NCBI GenBank assembly: GCA_021372535.1
Contig: JAJFUH010000112.1
Span: 1,034 to 65,033 of the forward strand
DNA: 64,000 bases
From: a bacterium
GTDB lineage: Bacteria; Latescibacterota; Latescibacteria; Latescibacterales; Latescibacteraceae
Direction: 5' to 3'
Position 1 is the stretch's first letter; the number at the start of each line of letters is the position of its first letter. The notes beneath the pieces were generated by a model. The model searched no databases, was not told the origin of the DNA, and saw nothing but the letters and a program-made list of their open reading frames with translations. A program made the position numbers and the translations under genes. Shown piece by piece: positions 39,117 to 47,685 of this stretch.

Positions 39117-40892
39117 TTACACGATTTTTTCCGTATCGACAACCATCACGATACGGTTGGTATCCTGCAGAGGAGCATAACCCGCGACCGGAGGCTGTTC
39201 CGTCGCGGATGTGATGGTGCCGTGCGGGAGTACTCTGATACCGATAACACTATCGACACGGGTGCCGGTGATGCGATTCTTCCCCGTGAGCACGATTATG
39301 CGCTCTTTCAGCGGTTCCCGTGGGCGTTTCGCGGCGCGTGATCCCGGTTTTTTCGCGATATCGACAAGGTGAATGACTGTCTCGCCGTACCGGAGGACGT
39401 TTGCGGGAAGCTTGTCCGTGCCCTGCATGCCCGGCAGAAGCGACGAATGAAGAATCTCCTTTACCGTATCAGCCGGAAAGCCGTAATACACATCGTCAAC
39501 CACGGCGATAACGTATCTCCTGTCATCCCGGGATTCACGGGTGTCAGCCTTCTCTGCTGTTCCCGCAGCAATATCACTGAAATACTTCGTGTTGACACAG
39601 TACAGCGGTTCCGTACCGCCGTCAATTTCAACCGCGTGCCCCAAAATCGGCTCTTTTCCGGAGGATTGTGCGTTCTCCGATACCGTCGCGGAAAGAAACC
39701 GTGAGACGGAGCTCACGAGCAGTCCGGTTCTGGTGTTGGCCCCTTTCAGGACGAGGATACGGGATTGAGGAGTAATGGCGAGTTTCCCGGAACCGAGGAG
39801 CACTCCCATATCAAAAACAGGGAGATTTTTGTCCGTTATATGAGATATTCCCCCGGGATAAGCCGTTTCAGACGAAACCGGGGATATGCCCGAAGAATCA
39901 GTAATCGAATCGAGTTCGTCCGCAGCGATTCCATATGATTCTTTTCCGGCCTGAAACATGAGTATTTTCATCGTCCCGGTTTGAGGGAAAGAGGGACGTG
40001 TAACCGCAGTTTTCGGCGCCGGCGCGGGTTTTTCGCGTTCCCGTGGCTTTTCTTTTTCTGCCGGAACAGCGATAATTTCAGGTTTTACGGTTTTTTCCGC
40101 TATAATTTCCTGTGCAGGGGATTTCTTTTCGATACGGGTTTCGGGTACTGTTTGTTTCACGGCGGCGGGAGTTATTCCGGCCGTGCCCGACATTTCCTTG
40201 ATGAATGCATCGAAAGTTTCGCGCGGAGTACGCTCGATGTTCAGCAGAGCGGCAGGCTGATCCTTGATCATTTTTCCGACAGCATTGACGAATACACGGC
40301 GCTGGAACAGGAGCGATTCCCCCTGAAGCGGAAGAGCCACAAAGACATCGCCTGATTCAGCGGGCGCCGTATCGAGACCGAATCCGAAAATGTTTCTGCC
40401 GAATGTTCCTAGTGCATGGGCGGCAGATCGCCCATCCACCGGTTCAGTGTAGAATATCCAGAGATGATATTCACCCTTGCCGCCTTCGGTTACCTCGATG
40501 AGGGACGGAATATTTTTCCCCTGTAATTCCCCGGCAAACTGTTTTGCCTTGGTAAACGGATGATCGAGCTGGTCGGAAAGAATGAATTTGACCACACTCC
40601 ACGAGGTTTTACCGGATTTGGAAAGCGGATTGACTCTGACCGTGATATCTCCGGCGCAATGCTGAGCGACAGCCTCGTCCAGGGAGATTTCAGTCCGCTC
40701 GAAACGGCCTTCTCCCTCGATCTCGAACGTATCGACCGTCCGGCAGAACACATCAATCATGATATCCGCAGGAATGGAGGATTCGGATGCGCCCTTGTGC
40801 TTCTTTTGGGGCTTTTTTTCGATTATTGTCCGGGCTAAATCCGACCGCTTCGTAAAGTAGTCATCCCTGCTTTTAAACCGTCCCGGGGTCAT
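39117..40892 (-). CDS. Multidomain protein: an unassigned N-terminal domain of about 250 aa, a Pro/Lys-rich linker, and two tandem CheW-like domains (ParP-like candidate)
   Basis: CheW-like block 1 is MKILMFQAGKESYGIAADELDSI...VFDMGVLLG. Block 2 is RYVIAVVDDVYYGFPADTVKEILHS...HLVDIAKK. It is translationally coupled (4-nt overlap) to the upstream ParA-like ATPase. Confidence 0.55.
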   Translation of the reverse strand: MTPGRFKSRDDYFTKRSDLARTIIEKKPQKKHKGASESSIPADIMIDVFCRTVDTFEIEGEGRFERTEISLDEAVAQHCAGDITVRVNPLSKSGKTSWSVVKFILSDQLDHPFTKAKQFAGELQGKNIPSLIEVTEGGKGEYHLWIFYTEPVDGRSAAHALGTFGRNIFGFGLDTAPAESGDVFVALPLQGESLLFQRRVFVNAVGKMIKDQPAALLNIERTPRETFDAFIKEMSGTAGITPAAVKQTVPETRIEKKSPAQEIIAEKTVKPEIIAVPAEKEKPREREKPAPAPKTAVTRPSFPQTGTMKILMFQAGKESYGIAADELDSITDSSGISPVSSETAYPGGISHITDKNLPVFDMGVLLGSGKLAITPQSRILVLKGANTRTGLLVSSVSRFLSATVSENAQSSGKEPILGHAVEIDGGTEPLYCVNTKYFSDIAAGTAEKADTRESRDDRRYVIAVVDDVYYGFPADTVKEILHSSLLPGMQGTDKLPANVLRYGETVIHLVDIAKKPGSRAAKRPREPLKERIIVLTGKNRITGTRVDSVIGIRVLPHGTITSATEQPPVAGYAPLQDTNRIVMVVDTEKIV

Positions 40893-41635
40893 ACAAGCTC
40901 CTCGACAAGATTCCGGAAATCCTGCGCGCCGATACTGTCAGGATCGTATTCCATGATACTCTGACCCATTGCGGAGCTTTCACCTATTTTGACGTTCCGC
41001 CGTATCTTCGTTTTTGCAAGCGTGTCACCGAAAAAGGAGTGAAGCTGTTTCACCATTTCGCCCGCAAGCACCGTATTGGAATACATGGTCGGTATCACAC
41101 GGCCGATTTGAAGCCGTGCATTGTAATTATCACGAACCGCATCGATGGTTTCGAGCAGCTTGTTGGTTCCGATGACGCTCAGGTGTTCGCAGGCCACTGT
41201 TATATAGACCTCGTCGCTTGCCACAAGGCCGTTCACCGTGAGCGCGCCGAGGGAAGGCGGGCAATCGATGAGAATGTGGTTAAACCGTTCGGTCACGGGT
41301 TCAAGCGCTTTTTTCAGTCGGCGTTCATATCCGATAGCCGCAAAAATCTCGCGTTCGATGGAAGCGAGCAGGATATTGGATGGCACGAGCCAAACATTTT
41401 TGTGAATAGGCGCGATAACATCCTCGATCACCGCGGTCCCTCTGATGACATCATATACGGTCCGCTCGAACGAATCGGGATCGCTTCCGCACCATGATGT
41501 CAGGTTACCCTGGGGATCGAGGTCTATAAGGAGAACAGAACGGCCTTTCCGGGCAAGCTCGAATCCTATATTAACCGTACAGGTGGTTTTACCTACTCCA
41601 CCTTTCTGGTTGGCAAATACTGCAATTCTTTTCAT
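40889..41635 (-). CDS. ParA/MinD-family ATPase (ParC-like candidate)
   Basis: The deviant Walker A is ANQKGGVGKTTCTVN. DLDPQGN follows. The start was chosen at MKRIAVF. It is immediately downstream of pilC. Confidence 0.75.
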   Translation of the reverse strand: MKRIAVFANQKGGVGKTTCTVNIGFELARKGRSVLLIDLDPQGNLTSWCGSDPDSFERTVYDVIRGTAVIEDVIAPIHKNVWLVPSNILLASIEREIFAAIGYERRLKKALEPVTERFNHILIDCPPSLGALTVNGLVASDEVYITVACEHLSVIGTNKLLETIDAVRDNYNARLQIGRVIPTMYSNTVLAGEMVKQLHSFFGDTLAKTKIRRNVKIGESSAMGQSIMEYDPDSIGAQDFRNLVEELV

Positions 41636-41790
41636 GCAACCTCCGCGCCGGTATCTGTCATCCGGCAATATCGCACAATATATCGGACAAATGAAAGCCG
41701 TCAGATATGCTGAGCGTTCATAACGACATTACCCACATGTATGGGATGAAAACAGTATGAATGGCCGGCGTCCGAACAGCAATTTCATCA

Positions 41791-42999
41791 TTAACCCTGT
41801 ACCGCATCGATCATACTGAACATCGGCATGTACATAGCGATGAGCACGCCGCCCATAATAACCGCAAGAATGACGATGATTATAGGTTCCATGAGACCTG
41901 TCAGAGTCTCGACCGCCGCATTCACTTCTTCGTCATAAAAGTCGGCAATTTTGTTGAGCATCTGATCCAGACCACCCGATTCCTCCCCCACTGCAACCAT
42001 CTGGATAACCATGGGCGGGAAAACATTGGTTTCCTTCATCGGCTCGGTAATGGTTTTTCCTTCGGAAATCGCCGTAATCATGCTCTGCAATGCCCGGCGA
42101 ATAACCATGTTCGAGGCTGTTTTTGCGGTAATTTCGAGGGCTTCGAGAATTGATACACCACTCGAGAGAAGGGTTCCGAGTGTCCGTGAAAACTGGGCAA
42201 CTGCGCTTTTTTTAGCCAGGTCTCCGAGGGCAGGGATTTTCAGTACCATTTTATCGGTATTGAAACGGCCTTTCGGGGTTTTCCGGTATTTGATGAACGC
42301 TGTGAAAGCGGCGACTATTACCGCGACAATGGGAAGTATTTTTTTCGGTGTTTTCATGAAATTTGACATATTGACAACTATCTGGGTAGGTGCGGGAAGT
42401 TTCGCGCCTGCATCGAGGAACATCTTCGTAAATACCGGGATGACAAAAATCAGAAGTGCTGCTACGGCGCCGACTGCTACAATCGAAATAATGATGGGAT
42501 ACATCATTGCGCCTTTGATTTTACGGTTGAGAGCCGCCGCTTTTTCGAGAAACGAAGCGAGACGCAGCAGGATTGTATCGAGGATACCGCCGATTTCGCC
42601 GGCAGCGATCATATTGACAAATAATTCGGGAAATACTTTCGGATGTTTTGCCAGGCTGTCGGCAAGTGAATTCCCTGACTCGACGCTTTCGGTTACGGAA
42701 ATGAGAACCTTTTTAAAGTTCGGGTTTTCCGACTGTTCGGAAAGAATGTTCAGACACTGTATAAGCGGAAGACCCGCGGAGATCATCGCGGAAAACTGAC
42801 GGGCAAAATTGGTGATGTCCTCGGCTTGTACTCCGGTGCCGATCTGTAAACTGAATCCACCTGATTTTTTCTTGACTTTTGTAACGATAATGCCCTTTGA
42901 CCGGAGTAATTTGTAGACTTCCTCCTGGCTGGCGGCGGAAATTTCCCCCTTTACTCCTTTACCGCCTCTTGCTTTACCTTCGTATAAGAAATCCGGCAT
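41791..42999 (-). CDS. pilC: Type IV pilus assembly inner-membrane platform protein (GspF/PilC family)
   Basis: 402 aa with two repeated GspF domains, each carrying the conserved GxxLxxxL..P motif. It has three TM segments. Confidence 0.8.
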   Translation of the reverse strand: MPDFLYEGKARGGKGVKGEISAASQEEVYKLLRSKGIIVTKVKKKSGGFSLQIGTGVQAEDITNFARQFSAMISAGLPLIQCLNILSEQSENPNFKKVLISVTESVESGNSLADSLAKHPKVFPELFVNMIAAGEIGGILDTILLRLASFLEKAAALNRKIKGAMMYPIIISIVAVGAVAALLIFVIPVFTKMFLDAGAKLPAPTQIVVNMSNFMKTPKKILPIVAVIVAAFTAFIKYRKTPKGRFNTDKMVLKIPALGDLAKKSAVAQFSRTLGTLLSSGVSILEALEITAKTASNMVIRRALQSMITAISEGKTITEPMKETNVFPPMVIQMVAVGEESGGLDQMLNKIADFYDEEVNAAVETLTGLMEPIIIVILAVIMGGVLIAMYMPMFSMIDAVQG

Positions 43000-43051
43000 T
43001 TCGGTTTATCCCGCCCGGTGAGTGTTGTCGTTCCGATCCGATTTTCCCTGT

Positions 43052-44725
43052 TTATGCGGTCATTGTCTCACGAATCACTTCTTCATAATCGACTATTCCC
43101 TGTTTCATCTTGAGAATCGCATCCATACGAAGCGTAAGCATACCGTCCTTGATAGCCTGATCCCTGATGTCGGCTGTCGAACCGCCATCCAGAACAACCT
43201 GTCTGAGCGTGGGGGTCATCAGCATGACTTCATAGGCGCCGATTCTTCCTTTTTTGCCGGTCCCGTTGCATTTCGGACAGCCGACAGGTCCGTATATGAC
43301 GTCATCTTTAGTTATATTCAGTTCTTTGTGAAGCTCTTCGGGCACTTTAATGGGTTTTTTACATTCCTTGCAGAGACGGCGTAAAAGCCGCTGCGCCTGA
43401 ATGAGGTTTACCGCCGATGCTATCTGGAATGGCGCTATTCCCATATCGATCATACGGGTAACCGTGCTCGGCGCGTCGTTGGTATGGAGAGTGGAAAGCA
43501 CAAGGTGTCCGGTCAGGGCTGCTTTCACTGCGATACTGCCGGTATCGATATCACGAATCTCGCCGATCATGATGATATTGGGGTCCTGGCGGAGAAACGC
43601 CTTGAGCGCCGCGGCAAAAGTCATGCCCACCTCGGTACGGACAAGAACCTGATTGATACCGTAAAGATTATATTCCACAGGGTCTTCCGCTGTCATAATG
43701 TTGACACCAATCTGATTGATATGGCTCAGCGCCGAATAAAGCGTGGTGGTTTTTCCCGAACCGGTCGGCCCCGTTACCAGAACCATACCGTACGGCGATT
43801 CGATAGCATGCAAAAAATCGTGTAATGCTTTCTCAGTGAAACCGAATGTTGTGAGGTCAAGGGTAAGATTGCCCTGGTCGAGAATACGCATGACGATCTT
43901 TTCACCAAACAGCGTCGGGAGTGTCGATACACGGAACTCGACAGATTTTGAGGGCATACGGATTTTAATACGGCCGTCCTGGGGAACGCGGCGCTCGGAT
44001 ATATCGAGATCGCTCATAATCTTGACTCTCGATATAACCGCGGCTTTGAGTTTATTGGGAAGTGGAGGCATTTCCTGCAAAACACCATCGAGACGGAATC
44101 TGACACGGACCTCTTTTTCGAAAGGCTCGATGTGGATGTCCGATACACCCTTCTTGACCGCATCGACGAGGATGGAGTTTACGAGACGTACCAACGGCGC
44201 GTCGTCGGCATGGACACCCTCGACCTCCTCCTCGGTTTCCTCGACGACCTCGAGATCCGAGCCCTCGAAATCACTGAGAATGCTCGACATTTCCTCGGTT
44301 GTTTTATATATCTTGTCAATAATAGTACGAATCGAGCTTTCGGTTGCTATAAACGGTTCAATTTTATATCCGGTGATGAGCTTTATCGAATCAAGGGCGA
44401 ACATATTGGTGGGATCGGATATTGCCACCTTGAGTGTTTTCCCGTCACGGGAAAAGGCAATGACCTGAAATTTGATCGCTACTTCAGCGGGTATGATATT
44501 GACAACATCCTCGTCGATCTCATCGAGCTTCAGCTCGACGATTTTTATGCCCAGCTGCTTGGCAAGCGCGCTGTAAAGATCATGTTCGTTAACATATCCG
44601 AGCTCAATCAGGTTACCGCCAAGGTTTCCGCCCTTTTCCCGCTGCCGCTTGAGTGCATCCTCAAGCTGCTGCACCGATATTTTCTTGTCCTTGACAAGAA
44701 GATTGCCGATTCGCGCCTCAGCCAT
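43052..44725 (-). CDS. pilB: Type IV pilus assembly ATPase (GspE/PilB family)
   Basis: An N-terminal GSPII_E_N-like region, the Walker A VTGPTGSGKTTTL, Asp/His boxes, and the C-terminal tetracysteine motif CPKCNGTGKKGRIGAYE. Confidence 0.85.
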   Translation of the reverse strand: MAEARIGNLLVKDKKISVQQLEDALKRQREKGGNLGGNLIELGYVNEHDLYSALAKQLGIKIVELKLDEIDEDVVNIIPAEVAIKFQVIAFSRDGKTLKVAISDPTNMFALDSIKLITGYKIEPFIATESSIRTIIDKIYKTTEEMSSILSDFEGSDLEVVEETEEEVEGVHADDAPLVRLVNSILVDAVKKGVSDIHIEPFEKEVRVRFRLDGVLQEMPPLPNKLKAAVISRVKIMSDLDISERRVPQDGRIKIRMPSKSVEFRVSTLPTLFGEKIVMRILDQGNLTLDLTTFGFTEKALHDFLHAIESPYGMVLVTGPTGSGKTTTLYSALSHINQIGVNIMTAEDPVEYNLYGINQVLVRTEVGMTFAAALKAFLRQDPNIIMIGEIRDIDTGSIAVKAALTGHLVLSTLHTNDAPSTVTRMIDMGIAPFQIASAVNLIQAQRLLRRLCKECKKPIKVPEELHKELNITKDDVIYGPVGCPKCNGTGKKGRIGAYEVMLMTPTLRQVVLDGGSTADIRDQAIKDGMLTLRMDAILKMKQGIVDYEEVIRETMTA

Positions 44726-45021
44726 AGGAAATATTCACCCCCTGATTCAGAAAAAATCCGGTTTCCGTTATCTTGAACCTGTATTGATAAAATATATAAA
44801 AAACGTCAAAAAGCAAAAAAATAATATTTTATGAGTTTTAATAGTTTTTTTTATAACGCACAGTCAGGAAACGTAATAATTCATTATTTAACAATTTGAT
44901 AGCACTATCAATAATACGATGTGCCGTTCATGCCAGAATTTATTTATCCGTGAAACAGTTCGGCATATTCAACAGATACATGCTTTATTCCCCGGTTCGC
45001 ACGGATAATCCTGACTGATTA

Positions 45022-45900
45022 TCAGACAAGTACCTCAAACAGTTTATGCCTTCCGGTGAATCCTTTTAAATCGAAAAAGCCGATACACCGGGTTTTTATC
45101 TGGGTATCGTTCGAAATCATTTTTTGCACCGTTTCCGCGATGAAGATACGGTCCGATCTTGGCATGTCGTCCTTTTTAATACCCATAACCGTTTGATGCA
45201 TATCGTCGATTTTAACCGATTCGACGCGAAAAGCCATATCGACAGCCATACCCCGGCGGTCACCATCGGGAAGCTTGAAAGTCTCGCCGTAATTGATACC
45301 GATCCGGACACGGATTCCGGCGGATGATTTCTGTTCCTTCAGGTCGGTTAAAAAGCCGATAGCCAGATTGACCGCGGGTTTAACCTTGCTGAAAACGAGC
45401 ATGAAACCGTCACCGGTATTTTTTATGAATTCCGCGGGATTTTCCTTGAGATTTTTTTTCAGACAGAGCAGCAGAGTATTTTTCACTTTACTGGCGATAC
45501 GGTCACCGACAAGCTGGGCGATATTCGAGGAACCGACCATATCGATAACGACGATTGCTTCGGGTGTTGTTTCCATCGCGGAATCGGGTTCGGCAAACCG
45601 CTCTTCGGTGCGCCGCGACACTTTCAGAAACGTATGCCCGAGTCTGAAAATATCTCCCGGATTGACCACTACGGGAGCGGTGACCGGATCGCCAAGAAGA
45701 AACGTGCCGTTCTTGCTTTTACTGTCCTGAAGGGTAATCACCCCGTCTTCAGCTACCTCCAGCACGGCGTGGGTACCCGATATATATTTATCATCGGGTA
45801 AAACAATATTTGATTCGGAGGAACGGCCGATGCTGTATGTGCCGGGTATCAGGGTTGTCCGTGTACCCTCTTTTTCGCCATTCAGAATAAATAAATACAT
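45022..45900 (-). CDS. FHA-domain protein fused to a class III adenylyl/guanylyl cyclase catalytic domain
   Basis: The FHA block is YSIGRSSESNIVLPDDKYISGTHAVLEV...NGTFL. The cyclase blocks are VVIDMVGSS, NTGDGFMLVF and RVRIGINYGE. Confidence 0.7.
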   Translation of the reverse strand: MYLFILNGEKEGTRTTLIPGTYSIGRSSESNIVLPDDKYISGTHAVLEVAEDGVITLQDSKSKNGTFLLGDPVTAPVVVNPGDIFRLGHTFLKVSRRTEERFAEPDSAMETTPEAIVVIDMVGSSNIAQLVGDRIASKVKNTLLLCLKKNLKENPAEFIKNTGDGFMLVFSKVKPAVNLAIGFLTDLKEQKSSAGIRVRIGINYGETFKLPDGDRRGMAVDMAFRVESVKIDDMHQTVMGIKKDDMPRSDRIFIAETVQKMISNDTQIKTRCIGFFDLKGFTGRHKLFEVLV

Positions 45901-46250
45901 GACTGCCTGTACCGTTTTTTAAGAAATTGACGTTAAAAAAGATATTTCAATATATCCGTTTATTTGTGAAATTGTCAACCGGTATGTGTTGTTAAAAGAA
46001 CGCCGAAACCACCTTTTCACGAGAGCGATGTAAAAAATGCTTTGATTTATTGCCATTACGGGCATGTATAACGTCGCTTCAGGATGTCGGCTGACAGCAT
46101 TACGGAATATTTAAGGGATTTATTATCAGGATTTTCAGACTGTTTCTAATATAAAGCATAAAGAAAAAGCTTGACAAGCATAAATATAAAAAATATAGTT
46201 CCATATGAAAAAGTACGCTAATAAATTCATTTATTTTTGGAGTAACCACT

Positions 46251-46793
46251 ATGGAAGAAGACTGGCGTATCACACTGAGTTGCCTTGAATCGCCCGATCC
46301 GTCATTTGTCGGAACCCAGAAAGTATTCACACAATCTCCAATCAACATCGGACGCGCCGAAAACAGCGATATGGTAATACCGGATCTGGCTGTGTCGCGA
46401 AACCACGCAATACTCAGGATCACGGCGGATTATACACGTGTTTTTATTACCGATATGAGCACCCATGGGACAGAAGTTTCCGGGAAAGTCGTTCCAAAAG
46501 GCAGGGGCAGCGGTTTCACCCTCGAGAATGGCGATACGATCAAGCTGGGAGAAACCGTGTTACAATACGAGTTGAAACTGAAAACGAGTGTTCAATCCAC
46601 CATGGTCGGTAAAATTGACCGGAGTTTCCTTGATAAGCCCCCCGAGCCGGTTGTTGCCGAAAAAATCGAAGAACCGGTAATACCGTTAAAAACCGTCGCA
46701 CCCGCTGCCGCCCAAAAGAATTTTAACCCGATTTATCTCGGCATAATCATTATCAGCCTCGCGCTTATCATATACCTGTTAATAAAAGGCTGA
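46251..46793 (+). CDS. FHA-domain protein with a C-terminal TM anchor
   Basis: The FHA block is INIGRAENSDMVIPDLAVSRNHAILRI...HGTEV. The C-terminal hydrophobic helix is IYLGIIIISLALIIYLLI. Confidence 0.65.
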   Translation: MEEDWRITLSCLESPDPSFVGTQKVFTQSPINIGRAENSDMVIPDLAVSRNHAILRITADYTRVFITDMSTHGTEVSGKVVPKGRGSGFTLENGDTIKLGETVLQYELKLKTSVQSTMVGKIDRSFLDKPPEPVVAEKIEEPVIPLKTVAPAAAQKNFNPIYLGIIIISLALIIYLLIKG

Positions 46794-46839
46794 TATTCAC
46801 GAAATTGAGCACGATTTCCTTTTCAGGAGAAACCATAGA

Positions 46840-47685
46840 ATGGTTACCATGACAACCGCGGGTTTGACAGACACCGGCATGTCCAGAACAAATAATGAAG
46901 ATACGTATTTAACTGATAAATCATTGCTTATCGTGGCGGATGGTATGGGCGGAGCCGCGGCGGGTGAAGTTGCAAGCCAGCTTGCGGTAGAAGAGATATC
47001 AAAAAAACTCAGGGGAACAGTGTATGTTTCGGACGACCAGATACGGAAAGCATTTAACGACGCCATCTGGAATGCCGATGCAACAATAAAAGAACGTACC
47101 CGTAAAAATCCCGATCTCAGAGGGATGGGAACGACCATAATGGCCGCTCTCCATCTCGGCGACCGTCTTCTTATAGGATTTGTGGGTGACTCACGCGCGT
47201 ATATCGTCACTCAGAAAAATCAGGATTCTCCTGCCTCGTCACGGCCCGATGTTCCGAAAGTCGATACAAATGCCGCAACCGCAATCTTACAGAAAATCAC
47301 CGATGACTTTCAGCCTTCATCTAAGGAAAAAGGAAGCATCCAGCGTATAACGAACGATCATTCTGTTGTCATGGAACTTGTCAATTCCGGTGTCATACAG
47401 GAAGATGATATCCGCACCCATCCCATGAGAAACCGAATCACACGGTGTGTGGGGAATCTGACCGATAAGGGTCCCGACTTTGTCTGGCATACCATAGCCA
47501 ATGACGATACGCTTATTTTGTGTTCGGACGGATTATGGGAAATGATTCACGAAGACCTGATTTTCGCCATCGTGAAATCGTCGAAAACTGTCGAAGAAAT
47601 GTGCAAGCGGCTTATCAATGCGGCAAATGATGCCGGCGGAGCCGATAACATCACCGTCATCACGGCTCAATTCAAAAAGCAGTAA
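46840..47685 (+). CDS. PP2C-family Ser/Thr protein phosphatase
   Basis: The PP2C motifs NEDTYL, VADGMGG and a GGADNITVI tail are present. Confidence 0.8.
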   Translation: MVTMTTAGLTDTGMSRTNNEDTYLTDKSLLIVADGMGGAAAGEVASQLAVEEISKKLRGTVYVSDDQIRKAFNDAIWNADATIKERTRKNPDLRGMGTTIMAALHLGDRLLIGFVGDSRAYIVTQKNQDSPASSRPDVPKVDTNAATAILQKITDDFQPSSKEKGSIQRITNDHSVVMELVNSGVIQEDDIRTHPMRNRITRCVGNLTDKGPDFVWHTIANDDTLILCSDGLWEMIHEDLIFAIVKSSKTVEEMCKRLINAANDAGGADNITVITAQFKKQ

